Counted from the stretch's first letter, positions 1 through 52,245 are shown. The stretch: DNA of 64,000 nucleotides from Tubulanus polymorphus (GCF_964204645.1 NC_134032.1:15984275-16048274), one strand, 5' to 3'. Program-made: numbers and translations. The notes: generated from the sequence alone by a model not told the origin.

Positions 1-130
1 ATTTACTAGGTTTAAGTCATCATTTGGACAAGTCGTCACATTACTGAAGTCATCTCTATTTTTGAGTCTCAATTTTCCATTTCTAATTCAGTTTATTAAG
101 TGTAAGTCGTCATTTAGGATAAGTCAACAT
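1..130. repeat. Dispersed repeat shared, in opposite orientation, with ~51340-51480
   Basis: The reverse complement of 1-70 (GAGACTCAAAAATAGAGATGACTTCAGTAATGTGACGACTTGTCCAAATGATGACTTA) matches 51418-51475. Confidence 0.75.
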
Positions 131-293
131 AATGATAATTGCAACGACTTAAGCAACGAGTTTTAGACTGCTGTATATTAAGTTGGATAGTGCAATTAAT
201 AAAATTAAGTGTAAAATATATGTCGCCCTTTAATTGGGGAAAATGAGTGTAAATCATGTAATAGAACCAGATTCTATGTAGTCTGAATACCAG

Positions 294-422
294 GGCCCAG
301 TTTCACGAAAAAGTTTAACTCAAATTTTTGGTGTAATTGCCATTGGTTACTTCATGTTTTCAATGAGGACAACAATTCAAACTAAACCATTTTAGGCTTA
401 AACTTTTTCGTGAAACTCGGCC
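294..422. mobile_element. MITE family A (PIF/Harbinger-like); second copy at ~1859-2004 in opposite orientation
   Basis: TIR GGCCCAGTTTCACGAAAAAGTTTAA / TTAAACTTTTTCGTGAAACTCGGCC, flanked by CAG on both sides. Confidence 0.75.
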
Positions 423-425
423 CAG

Positions 426-552
426 GGGTCGATTGCTCAAAAGTTGGTTAGAGTTAACCAGTGGATAGTTGATATGGTGACAGTTGAAATTTCATTGTTA
501 CTATGGTATTTAACGGCCGGTTATCTTTAACCAACTTTTCAGCAACTGGCCC
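426..552. mobile_element. MITE family B; other copies at ~11914-12045, 33948-34068, 35870-36000, 50470-50600, partial 39860-39890
   Basis: TIR GGGTCGATTGCTCAAAAGTTGGTTA / TAACCAACTTTTCAGCAACTGGCCC, CAG flanks, shared core CATTGTTACTATGGTA. Confidence 0.75.
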
Positions 553-1261
553 CAGACCTTGTTACGGTCCGTTGTTTGAGGAATAACGGCTGGATACTAG
601 CCTAGATTCTATATTATGTTTGGATGAGTTATTAATTTGAAAACCTCATATTTATTTCCCCAATTTCTGCTGAAAAATAAAATCTCCATTCTTTGTGCTA
701 TAATTATTTATTTATTTATTTATAAATCACCTTTTATTGTCTCTATTGATGGTGGTACTCGTCGTATCCGTATTGTAGTTTTTGATAGGTTGATATTTTT
801 GCGTAACTTTATTATATTCGTAGGCACAATATTTTTGTTATTTTATCAGTTATAATGGATCTTTGGGTTCGAATAAATACACATTCAATATAGGTACATA
901 CTTGGATTTCATTTCTGGCTGGGTTTCATCAGAAGTGCGCGAATTTGTTGATTTTTGCAATAGGATGGATGAGGATGAAATTGTTCGTGGTCATCCTTAT
1001 GGACCCATTCCCTTTTCCTCTATGTATTTCATTCCTATAGCTCTTTATACTGAATCTACTTGTTTTGTTTTTAACATTCTCCGTTCATTTCGGCAACTTA
1101 TGAAAGAAAATCTGTGATAAACATTTATAAAATCTGATGTGCACTTTAAACAGATGAGTTTGATTTCATGTCCAAAACGAGAGACACGAAATTTGGACAT
1201 TTTGACTCGATGATTACCCTATACACTCGTTGCGTGTAATGTCAAATAGATTTGGTGCCCA

Positions 1262-1476
1262 GGCCAAAAAAATTGATACCTTGTTTCTCCGCTCTGCTGA
1301 GCTTAAACTCGACCCGGCCAGCCGCCTATCTACCCGTACATTACTTTTTTAAATCGTGATCAATTTTACCATAACAGACCCGGCCGCTATAGAAATGAAC
1401 TGTTTACAAATTTTATCATATTTTACAAAAATGACCCGGCCGCTGCGGAGAAACAAGCTATCATTTTTGTTTAGCC
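1262..1476. mobile_element. MITE-like element
   Basis: Inverted termini GGCCAAAAAAATTGATACCTTGTTTCTCCGC / GCGGAGAAACAAGCTATCATTTTTGTTTAGCC, with internal GACCCGGCC repeats. Confidence 0.6.
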
Positions 1477-2499
1477 CCACACGAGTCTCATCAGAGATCA
1501 GAGATAGCTGAAACTTTCTCAGCCTCCATTAGTTATCACGTTCTCCATCTGAAGTTTTAGTCCCACCAACTATGTCTCTACAGTAGATGTCACCAGCAGG
1601 GTTTGGTGTAAAGGGGATTTTCAAATCGAAGAAATTGGTTTTGTCTGGCCGATAAAGGTCGAGCCAAAATACATGTGGAGCCGGTTGACATTAGGACTGC
1701 AGGACTCTCTACTCTAAAAGCCAGCAATGTGATGTAAAGCGCTTGTTATGCTCTTTATGGGAACGATTTTGCAGCTGTTAGATTTTGGTAAACTGTTTAG
1801 TCAGTGATCTGATCACCTCTCAGGCCCTTCCACTCCGTCTCGCTTGTTTAATTATCAGAGCCCGGTTTCACGAAAAAGTTTAAACCTAAAACGGTTAAGT
1901 TTGAATTGTTGTCCTCATTGAAAACATAAAGTTACCATTGGCAATTACACCAAAAATTAAACTTCTCAAAGTTTTAAAATAAAACTTTTTTGTGTAACTG
2001 GGGCCAGGGCTATTCTAAAGCTTGTCTATTTTTGGATTTCGAAATTGTGAGAAACCAAGCTTTTTCTGGCATAGTTTGGTGAGCATAATCGAGGCCATAA
2101 ATTCGACTTTTTGATTATAAGGGTTTTTATGGCATTTACCATTTTATTTCTTAAACGTTGAACCATCAGTAGGTCTGTTCAAACAACCTATATGTAATAA
2201 ATTTACAAAATGCCCACACAATGCAATAAATATTTGGTGATACGGAAATCTAATCTGGTCATTCGATGATAAATGATGACATAAAACTAGTATATTAACT
2301 TCTGGAAATATCGTCGCTGATATTCGAATCCATCGGTTTCGTTAGACGACGATTCTAGTTCGACTGCAGATTGTCTGTTGTTCCTATTGGTATCAAGTAA
2401 GTAAAACTCCAGAATATCGGTTTAGAATGAAGCTTGATTATTTGTGTTTTAGAAATTTCGAAAGGTGTCTAATTCCAACAGGAATTCAACAGGTTCTAA

Positions 2500-2724
2500 T
2501 AGCCGATTTCGGGTGCCATGAAAACATAGGAAATAGTGAAAGTTGATTCATTAAAATGATAGTCTCTTTTTTCTTATACAACTAGACTAGAATTAAAATC
2601 TTTACAATTTTTCAGAAAATAATGTGGTATATGGTCATTTCATAATATAGTCAATTCAATACCAAAAATCACGTAGCTTATGTGCTATCCTAAAAAACAG
2701 TTATGGCACCCGAATACGGTGGTA
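2500..2724. mobile_element. MITE-like element
   Basis: Inverted termini around TTCGGGTGCCAT (~2507-2519) and ATGGCACCCGAA (~2703-2714). Confidence 0.45.
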
Positions 2725-3173
2725 AAAATGAAATCGCGTCACACTTAACGTACACGTTCGCCATCGCATTGAACTTTCGAACAACTTCAACTCCTGCGCT
2801 CTGTTTCAAAGATGTGATAGAAAACTAGTTCCTGGGAATATTTTGAAATTCGTCATCAGTTATAACCACGGTTTCTCATTGTCACTACCAGGTTCAGATT
2901 GAGGATTTATCCCTAGGGGTAACTTTGATACCCAGTCTATGAAACCGGGCCTGGATTTTATGAATAACTGAAGAAGTTTATTGAGAAATTTATTCTTAAA
3001 TGAACATATTCTGAAAATGGATTCGTTTAAATTGGTTTTGACCGTGACAAATCCCAATACGCGTGAATTCATCGTAATTTAGGAAGCTTATTCGAATAAG
3101 ATGAAAATAAAACGATGCTATGATATTTTCAACCCCCTTATTTAACGAAAGGTGTTTACTGGGAAAAAGAAAA

Positions 3174-4674
3174 ATGGTCGCCAGGTCGCTAAGCGTCGTA
3201 GCTATTGTTCTGTTGTCGGTAATCTGGGTCAATGCCAAGGCCGTTGACGAGCAGCAGGTGAGTCTCGACTGTTCGATACATATTCCATAGGTATTGTTGC
3301 CGTTTTGTAAAATTCACAAAAAAAGATTAATCAATTAAAAGTTCTTTGTTTGATTCGAGTTGTGAAACTAATCATTGTGTATTATTTTTTTTTCCAGTTT
3401 GAAAGCGAGGCGCATTCGCTTACTGATTTAGAAGGGTTAACAGCGGCAGGTCAGCGAGGTAAGCAAAGTGAAAGGGCTCGGAACAAACAAGATCGTTAGG
3501 ACGGAAGAAAATACACACCCGCAATTGTAAACATAAACTAAGAGAGTAGTGACGTTTTGACTCGATTCTATGAGACATTTTCAGAAACTAAGACACTAGT
3601 GACGTTTTGACTCCCTTAGGTTCTGAAAATGTCTCATAGAATTGAGTCTAAACGTCACTACTCTCTTAGTTTCTAAAAATGTCTCATAGAATTGAGTCTA
3701 AACGTCACTACCCTCTTAGTTTCTGAAAATGTCTCATAGAATCGAGTCTTAACGTCACTACTCTCTTAGTTTCTGAAAATGTCTCATAGAATCGAGTCTA
3801 AACGTCACTACTCTCTTAGTTTCTGAAAATGTCTCATAGAATCGAGTCTAAACGTCAATACTCTCTTAGTTTCTGAAAATGTCTCATAGAATTGAGTCTA
3901 AACGTCAATACTCTCTTAGTTTCTGAAAATGTCTCATAGAATTGAGTCTAAACGTCAATACTCTCTTAGTTTCTGAAAATGTCTCATAGAATTGAGTCTA
4001 AACGTCAATACTCTCTTAGTTTCGGAAAATGTCTCATAGAATTGAGTCTAAACGTCACTACCCTCTCTTAGTCTCGCTTCAAAATGTGGTGTTTTCCTTC
4101 AAGTGAATTATGCACAGTCACTGTGGTCTATGGAAACCAATAGTAGTTAGGACTTACGCTTAAGACCTTCATTCTCGAACACCGCGAATCAACAACTTTA
4201 GATTTTTATAGTTTATATTTTTTTCTACCAGAAGTCAGACACGATCGGGAACCCTCAAATTTCGAGAAAAAGCATGTAGTGATGATAAACGACGTCATAA
4301 CTCTCAAACTAAATGACCCTAGCAAATGGCAGAAAGACATGACGTCGCGGCTATCAAAAAGTCCCGCGAATCATAGGTTCAACAATTCATTGATTGTAGT
4401 CAAAGATAGGCACCAGCGCAATCAACTAATGGCGGAAAGGTCAGCACTAACGCCGTACGACAACTTCACCACGACGAAAAGGTATTGCGTGGTTGAATTT
4501 CAGATTCAAAAAACCGGTAATGTAGTACAAGTCCTCCGAATTACCGTGCTCGGCGACGTGAAAGTAGAGTTGGGTCTTGATAAAAAAGGCCTGATTAATC
4601 ATTTCAATAAAATCGTTCATCCTGGAAACGGAACCTGCAAGGTGTTAAAAGATAATCGTATTCGCACAAAGTAA
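3174..4674 (+). CDS. Orphan secreted prepro-protein, 195 aa, 3 exons (3174-3257, 3398-3458, 4232-4674)
   Basis: Exon 1 is MVARSLSVVAIVLLSVIWVNAKAVDEQQ (signal peptide), ending cag|GTGAGT. Exon 2 follows ttttccAG, reads FESEAHSLTDLEGLTAAGQR and ends g|GTAAGC. Exon 3 follows ttctaccAG and joins in phase 1 to the frame of ORF 4279-4674. REVR lies at the pro/mature junction. AATAAA at 4707-4712. Confidence 0.8.
3536..4072. repeat. 50-bp tandem array (~9 copies, 3620-4072) preceded by ~1.5 inverted copies (3536-3613), in intron 2 of the orphan secreted gene
   Basis: Unit CTCTCTTAGTTTCTGAAAATGTCTCATAGAATCGAGTCTAAACGTCACTA; its reverse complement is at 3537-3613. Confidence 0.9.
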
Positions 4675-4897
4675 TGAATGAAAGCAAAGCATTGTTCAAT
4701 TCAATGAATAAAGTCAAGTGAAAAAATCGAAACTTAAGACTTAGTCTATCTGTTTATTCTAATGAGGATCATTTCGACTGCGGCCGTAAGAAAATGGTTT
4801 TGCTTATCATGGTGTATATTTTTAGGAAACGTCGGCGACACCGAAACATTTTCGGTCAATTTTAAGGATAAAACTGACTTCAATTGATATATCGCAG

Positions 4898-5007
4898 TCA
4901 ATCAATCAACAAATCAATCAATCAACAAATCAATCAATCAACAAATCAATCAATCAACAAATCAATCAACAAATCAATCAATCAACAAATCAATCAATCA
5001 ATCAACA

Positions 5008-5040
<33 letters not shown>
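4898..5040. repeat. (AATC)n microsatellite
   Basis: Seen directly; lies in the GH31 3' region. Confidence 0.95.
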
Positions 5041-5081
5041 GTAGTCTCTAGCTGTTTCTCTGCTTTATCCCAGTATAAAGG

Positions 5082-14100
<9,019 letters not shown>

Positions 14101-15686
14101 CTTACCCTCGCGTCCTTAAAATCCTTTATGATCTTATATAAGGCGTTTCAAAATTACTACCGCTTTGTATGCTATGCTATCTATATAGGGTGTTTAGAAG
14201 ATTGAATTCTGTATCGATTGGGTCACGCGACTAGCGGTGCTGATCTAATCACTAAAAATATTACTGAATATATCAATCAACCCAGTAAAATTCTAATGTC
14301 ATTTCTTAAACTGTCAACCAGAATGAGCTTGATAAGACTTGTTAAGGTGTCGTTTGATAAAAAATGATAAAGTCATTTATCTGGCGGATTCTCACATGAC
14401 ACAAGTTGAATACGCTTGAAGTCTTTGGGGTCAGAAAATTTTTCAAATTAAAGATAATTTTCCGAAAGGTTTATACATATTTCAGACGGTAGCAGATCGG
14501 GCGAGGTGAATATTCGGACAATTCTGAGCGGTCGGTCAGTCGAAGTTCAGTCCAGATTATTCAGCATCAATATTCACCCAGGACCTCATGAATATATGAA
14601 TGATACACGTCACGTGTTTATATGACAATATTGTAATGATGTGAGAATTCTATGTAATGCATGAAATCATCCTTAACTTGCACTAAATCTTCGGGTATTC
14701 GGATCAGGGCGGGGGTGTAAACTTCGGAGGGTTCTGGAACACCGTCGAGCACTGTCCGGGCACCTCGGAGATGCCCCTCAATACATGGGTATTATAGGTT
14801 CTCGGTGAACCCACTCCCCTCACAGCTGTAGCGGGAGGTAGAACAGACACAATAGGTTCTCTGTGAACCCATTCCTCTCACAGCGGCGTTTGGAGAGCAG
14901 TCAGTCAGTCACATAAGATATGGTAGGCATTGACAGGAGGCCTCTGCTCAAAGTTCGAATAAACGGTTATTGGAAAAGAAGCGACTGTTTAAAGTTATAT
15001 GAATCATTCATTCATTTTATTCGTGGAAAATATACGAACATATAAATACAAATTGTAATAGCAAGTTCACCTCAGAATTTCGGGGGGGGGGGGGCAGGAG
15101 GGGGAAGGTTACATGTCTATCTTATCAATTTGAATACTTAACGCATTGTAAATATACCGCATCAATGTCCAACATTTTCCAACGGAACAAACTATTGCCA
15201 ACGACGACAACAACGACAATTTACAAAATTAGTTTATAGATTATTATCAACTCGTACAAAATGAATCGTTAAAAAACAACAACATGCATTTAAAATGTGC
15301 TGTCGATTATAGAAATATCGTGCATATCATATCATATAATACATTTACTGGAAGCTTTTATGTAAGACTGTGTAATGACAACGTAGCCGCCGCCTTGAAA
15401 AACGGCCGTGTTAGCTCGATCCGATTCGGCCCCCTGTAAAAAAAAACTGGTTCGTATCCGATTTCGATTTTCGTAGGTCAGACACGAATTTATAGAGCAC
15501 TTGCATACATTAGATATTACACTGTTAACTGTTTCAGTTGCTAGGTCAAGCTTTACTCCATTAAACGGCTTTACTTCCTTTTTAGATTTGAATTTCAAAT
15601 CCAACCGACAAATTCTCAGTCTCACAACAAGCAACCATATCAAGCACCGGTTATATAAAAATGCTAAGTATTCTTTGGTAATTACG

Positions 15687-17796
<2,110 letters not shown>

Positions 17797-19950
17797 GTCT
17801 GTGTGTGTGTCTGTGTGTGTGTCAGGGGGTGCTCAGCGATCTCTGTCACACAGTGGTTCACATACTCTGTTGTGCGCGCGCTCTCTCATTCACAAATCAT
17901 CGATATCTCAAACTTATGTATCATAAGTTTCCATGACAACATGATAAATCATCCCCGTAACGGTGCGGGGCTTCAGCAGGGAGTGAGAGAGAGTGAGAGA
18001 GATTGGATACATCGGTCGATGCGGCATTGCACGTGTGTCGGAGCGAACGTCAAGCAATTCCACAATCTCTGCCGATAGGCGTCTCTACCGGTCCGCCCGC
18101 GCGTCCAGGGGCGAGTTTATTGCCTGTTTGCGTAACTGACTTGACGTTGGGGAAGTGTTGAAAAATTCTTTAGACTTGTGTTAAGAAAACGTTGTAAAAT
18201 GTAACTATCTACAGTCTGGCCCAGGAGGAGAGGTAAACCCTACAGTTATATACAAGTGGGCATTCTATCCCTGGCAATCGAGGAACCACTAGGGGCGCCA
18301 GTGATAACTCGCCCTTGAGACACCATGAAAATGAATCAGAAACTGCCGAATACCCGTTATTGCTGCTTTGCTGCTATATTTATTAATACATGTAGTTTAT
18401 TAAACTATGGGCGGTTGATAACATGTATATTAACAATGAGTCAAGCACTATAAAATAAGCTAGGGAAACTTTTGCTGCTAACAAATCCGTTATCCGTTTT
18501 CAGTCCAGTGTGTGACATGAGAAACCAAGTCGCCATCTACCGGCTAATGAAGTCACAATACAGGACAAGAATTGATAATACCACAAAACTTCGCCCGAAC
18601 TATTGCAACAGTCGACATCACTGGCAAGTGTTGGCTGATTCCAATAACACCAGATACAAGTTGTTTCAGTGACAACTATTAGCGTGAAGCAGACAGAATA
18701 ATCAGTCAGCTTACTGTGGCAAGTGCGGATCCGACAGGTGTGCTAGTAGTTCGCAGTGGATCATGCGTCCGTGTAACAATATGAGCCGTTCTGAATTTTG
18801 TAATTCAATTAAAAGGTGATTAGCGTGTTGATTAAGATGCTCGGCTGTGGACGAGGAGCTGCTGCTGCTGCGGCTGCTGCTGCTGCTGATGCCGAAGTAT
18901 ATGGATATCACTATAAAGCGGTGTGTGGACCCCAGGTGTTTCGTCAATTAAATACAAACCCGTGTGGTACAATTAAACGTTAATTAACGCTAAAACACGG
19001 ATATTTACTACGCATCTACGGGCCGTTACAATACGTCCTTACAATACAATAACATTTTTATTCTGATAAACTCGATTATTCCATCCCGTGAAATCTACAG
19101 GGGAATCACGGAATAACACGGGGGCCAGACCAGTTTCATGCCATTTCAGCTCTATGGCCAATCTTAAAACTTAAGACCAGTTTTAAGATTTAAGACCGCT
19201 TTTAGTCTAAGGTCTCAAGTATGGAACCGGCCCAGTCAACAGTTGTACAATTTCCTGACTTATATAAAACCAACTTGTCATAGCCGATTTGGGCTTCGAT
19301 CTTGAGAGTTTTAATCTTGTTTATCGCTACAAAACGACGAAACTATGTAGCCTCCATCTTAGATAGAAAAAACATAATCATCTCACTTCTCCCACACGTG
19401 GTGCAGCGTGTTGCAGACGTCAATTTTCGGGCTGTTGTTTCTTTCTGCGCGCGACTTTTTTACTAAATGAAACTGGTGTGCGCGGCAGTGTGCCGTGGTG
19501 TGCCGCGGTGTGCGAGTCGTGTGAGAAAGGTGTGAAGATGTTTAAGTGTTTTTTGTTGTCTACGCGCACTGCTGGGATTCTACGCACGCGCTCAAACCGG
19601 TAATTGATTTCGGTTCGGAGTGTGATATCTCGGCAGACGATCGCGCGAATTTATCTATCAACCCGCGCGCGTGACGTCACGCACGCCGAGTAACGATACT
19701 CGACGCTGATTGGTCCGCGCGTCGTGCGCCAGGTGTGAGCGAACAAGATCGGCGGGTAACTCCTTGAGGATGGATGATAATGATTACTATTGACGCGATC
19801 AGCTCCAGTAGTTTACTAGAAGCCACATTTTCTGTAAATCGCGCGCAAAAACCAACCGGCGGTAACGGTTACCACGTCAATCGTAACGACAGTGATTGTT
19901 ATAGAATTTGAACGTTTCGAATTGAATTACTCTTTGTTGTTCTGCGAACG

Positions 19951-43001
<23,051 letters not shown>

Positions 43002-43028
<27 letters not shown>

Positions 43029-43238
43029 CGGAAATGGCCGAAGTGAATCTGTGACGGAAATGGCCGAATTGCATCTGTGACAAAAATGATCGAAGTGAAC
43101 TTTTGACAGAAATGACCGAAGTGAACAAGTGACGGAAATGACCGAAGTGAACTTGTGACGGAAATGTCCGAAGTGAATCTATGACGGAAATGACCGAAGT
43201 GAATCTGTGACGGAAATGACCGAGGTGAATCTGTGACA
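43002..43238 (+). repeat. 26-bp tandem array starting in the last GPCR codons and repeating the stop codon
   Basis: Unit ACGGAAATGGCCGAAGTGAATCTGTG, ~9 copies; the gene's TGA is at 43026-43028. Confidence 0.92.
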
Positions 43239-43808
43239 TAAATGGTTCAACATTATCGTATCATAGCAACGACCTCAACTAAAGAAATATTATGGGAAGT
43301 GCTTAAATAGTGTATTGATAATTCAGGCTAGTTAATAATTCAGGGTTAGAGTAAGACAGACGCTCCTGAGAGGTATAAACCGGATCGGTCGCATGAGAGA
43401 CTTTTGTAATGACGTGGTAGAAAGAACCATTATAATTATAGGTGGATTATTGTTGAAAAATAATGTAATAACAAATATATATATATTCATACTATATGTA
43501 TATATACATATACTTGTGTTTAATGATTTTATTTTCTATTTGCCGAAGATCAAGATGTGAGCATATGATGGTGTAGCTGTGGGTCGTTCTCTTGCGAGGC
43601 GTCCCTCTCTTCCGGGTCATCCCCGTCTCTATATGCTGTGGTATCCCTTCTCGGGTATCCCTCTCTTCCAGACAATGCCACTTTCGCGAGGTATCCCTCT
43701 CTTGTGGGGTATCCCTTTCCTTCTATGCTGCAGTATCCCTTTCTTCTGGGATATCCCTCGCTTACGGGCTATCTCTCTCTTCCGGGATATTGAACACGGG
43801 ACATCCGT

Positions 43809-44185
43809 GTACATCCTCTATTCAGCACAGGGACCACTCTGAATCAGTATCAGTAATTACTGGTTTCGAACCCGGGACACTCCTGTACATCCTCTATTCA
43901 GCACCAGGACCACTCTGAATCAGTATCAGTAATTACTGGTTTCGAACCCGGGACACTCCTGTACATCATCTATTCAGCATCAGGACCACTCTGAATCAGT
44001 ATCAGTAATTACTGGTTTCGAACCCGGGACACTCCTGTACATCATCTATTCAGCATCAGGACCACTCTGAACCAGTATTATCACTGGGTTTGAACCCGGG
44101 ACACCCCTGTACACCCTCTATTCAGCATCAGTACCACTCCGAATCAGTGTCAGTAATTACTGGGTTCGAACTCGGGATATCCGCT
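43809..44185. repeat. 76-bp tandem array (~5 copies) containing B-box-like TTCGAACCC; further partial unit at 44481-44530
   Basis: Unit GTACATCCTCTATTCAGCACCAGGACCACTCTGAATCAGTATCAGTAATTACTGGTTTCGAACCCGGGACACTCCT. Confidence 0.88.
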
Positions 44186-44205
44186 AAGTTTAATAATAAT
44201 GCTCT

Positions 44206-44439
44206 GATCGCCATCTATTGGATTTTGGATGAACTCAATAGATAGCTCTTATTTGTCTCACTGAGTCGTCTTTAATTCGTTAAAATCACACTCGCCATCT
44301 GGTGGACTCTATTCTACTACAGTCTAATGATAGTTATTTCCACCAGATGGCGAGTGCGATTTTAACGGATTAAAGAAGAGTCAGTGAGACAAGTAAGAGA
44401 TATCGAGTCAGTTCAGCCAAATTCCAATAGATGGCGATC
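44206..44439. mobile_element. Palindromic (foldback) element with ~100-bp imperfect arms
   Basis: GATCGCCATCTATTGG...CGCCATCTGGTGG is mirrored by CCACCAGATGGCG...CCAATAGATGGCGATC. Confidence 0.8.
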
Positions 44440-44819
44440 TCGTTGGAAATCTCGATATCCACTCCCCGTCGGGCATCAAAGTACATCCTCTATTCAGCAC
44501 CAGGACCACTCTGAATCACTAAATTACTGAGTTTGACGTGCAAAAACCCGTTATTGCTGTTATTGCTGCAGATTCATTAGTTTTATTAGTTTTATTGAGT
44601 TGTTATCACGATGAAGCGCTGAGAGATGATGGCGATGATTTTCTAAATAGAGATAAAATATAAACCAAGGCAGTAAAATTATAATAATCAAAACGCAAAG
44701 ATTTTCAATTAGTAAATTTATCAAATCAATACATTAGGTTCTCACGTTTATTAGATTTACGAAATTAATCTCGGAACTTGTTTATCCAAAGATCACAGAA
44801 GTGGGCTACATTTTTAGCC

Positions 44820-45185
44820 GCAGCCTCGAACCTGCACCCCTTCACACAATCTGTAGCCTGGAACCTACAACCTTTCAGACAATCCGCAGCCTGGACCCGG
44901 AACTCTTCAGAAAATCTGTAGCCTGTAACCTGCAGCTCTTTAGACAATCTGCAGCCTGTAACCTGCACCCCTTCGGACAATCTGTAGCCTGTAACCTGCA
45001 GCTCTTCAGACAATCTGCAGCCTGTAACCTGCAGCTCTTCAGACAATCTGCAGCCTGTAACCTGCGGCCCGCAGACAATCTGCAGCCTGTTACCTGCAGC
45101 CCGCAGACAATCTGCAGCCTGCTACCTGCAGCCCTTCAGACAATCTACAGCCTGTAACCTGCACCTCTTCTGATCTGCAGTCTGA
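44820..45185. repeat. 33-bp tandem array; related array in opposite orientation at ~58270-58845
   Basis: Unit CAGACAATCTGCAGCCTGTAACCTGCAGCTCTT, compared with the reverse complement of the 58-kb unit, CAGACAATCTGCTGTCTGGACACTGTACCCCCT. Confidence 0.85.
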
Positions 45186-45526
45186 ATTTAGACCTAGCTC
45201 AGCTAGCCCTGCAGATATTATCCAGATATAAAGTTTATAAGTTTTCTATAGTTGTAATCATGCTGCAGCGCTGAGCGATGTTGACGGAGGAGACAATGAA
45301 ACTTATCATTATCTAAATAGAGATAAAACAAGGCAATAATTTCATTATAATCATAAACACACAGTTTGAAGATAGAAACAAGGAAATAAAATCATAGTAT
45401 AAAATCTGCAACGCAGTTTTCTTGTACTCATAAAGTTGATCATATCGGTCTGTGTGAAAAGGCGCAGTTTTTTGGTTGTAGATCACAGTTAGTTGTTTAG
45501 TATTTATCGCGGGTGTCTGTTTGAAT

Positions 45527-51218
<5,692 letters not shown>

Positions 51219-51659
51219 TGTGTGAATGAAAGTCCCTGCATGAAATATCCATATCTCCAGAGACTATCTATACTAGCCAAAACCACCATCATTGATGATG
51301 ACGCACTATCCAACTGGCATTATAAACTCACATATGGAATATGTGATGACTTCAGTTTTATGACGACTTATCCAAATGGTGACTTAAACTTAGTAAATAA
51401 GATTAGAAATACAAATTGAGACTCAAAAATAGAAATGACTTCAGTAATGTGACGACTTATCCAAATGATGACTTACACTAAGTGATCCCTGAATTCATTT
51501 CAAATACCTGCGATGATTTATGTGTTTGGGTATATTTTTTTTTTCTAGTTACGAATATAGAAATAATACCTCGACCTCATATTAGCATCACTAGGGGGCA
51601 GCACTCATCAAGAACTGCTCCGCGAGAAATGTATTAAACTCCAGTCGAGTAAACCGACG

Positions 51660-51808
51660 GTGACCTCTACAACGGCGACCTCTACAACGGCGACCTCTAC
51701 AACGGCGACCTCTACAACGGCGACCTCTACAACGGCGACCTCTACAACGGCGACCTCTACAACGGCGACCTCTACAACGGCGACCTCTACAACGGCGACC
51801 TCTACGAC
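51660..51808. repeat. 15-bp tandem array (~10 copies)
   Basis: Unit GACCTCTACAACGGC. Confidence 0.92.
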
Positions 51809-52245
51809 CTGTTAATTCATTACAATATATTTCTACACGATTAGGGACCGAGACCGGAGAAATATAAAACAAATATAAACTCCAAAAAGATCACAGGACG
51901 GCCATCTTGTGTCCGATCGACCCAATTTTTCTGATATTATGCTAATGGAGCATGGAGGTGGGGGGGGGGGGTAAATGAACATACGTGAAAGATCAAGAAA
52001 ATAGGTTAAAAAAATGGTGAACAACCAAATATAAAGACAATCCAGGCAGAAGTGTCTTCAAAACTTCCCAAAATAACTGAATTTCGTTTACGGACGGATG
52101 GACGGAGGAAAAGTGTGAATGCAGCAGCCCACTGGAAATAAAGTCCCAAGTGGACTAATTAGGTTACAAAATTCATTTATTCAATGAACGAATTCAAAAT
52201 AAACCGAATAATTTTAAATCAACAATCGACGCCGTTCACTGGTCT

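Noticed and set aside
1045-1200. Minus-strand MSKFRVSRFGH... resembling a coronin N-terminus
   Set aside because: The similarity ends after ~11 residues, the frame closes after 51 aa with more stops following, and no WD40 exons are visible.
51591-51872. (GRRCR)n protamine-like ORF or extra SLC22 exon
   Set aside because: It derives from a 15-bp tandem repeat, and SLC22 already has a stop at 52246 with a polyA signal near 52176.
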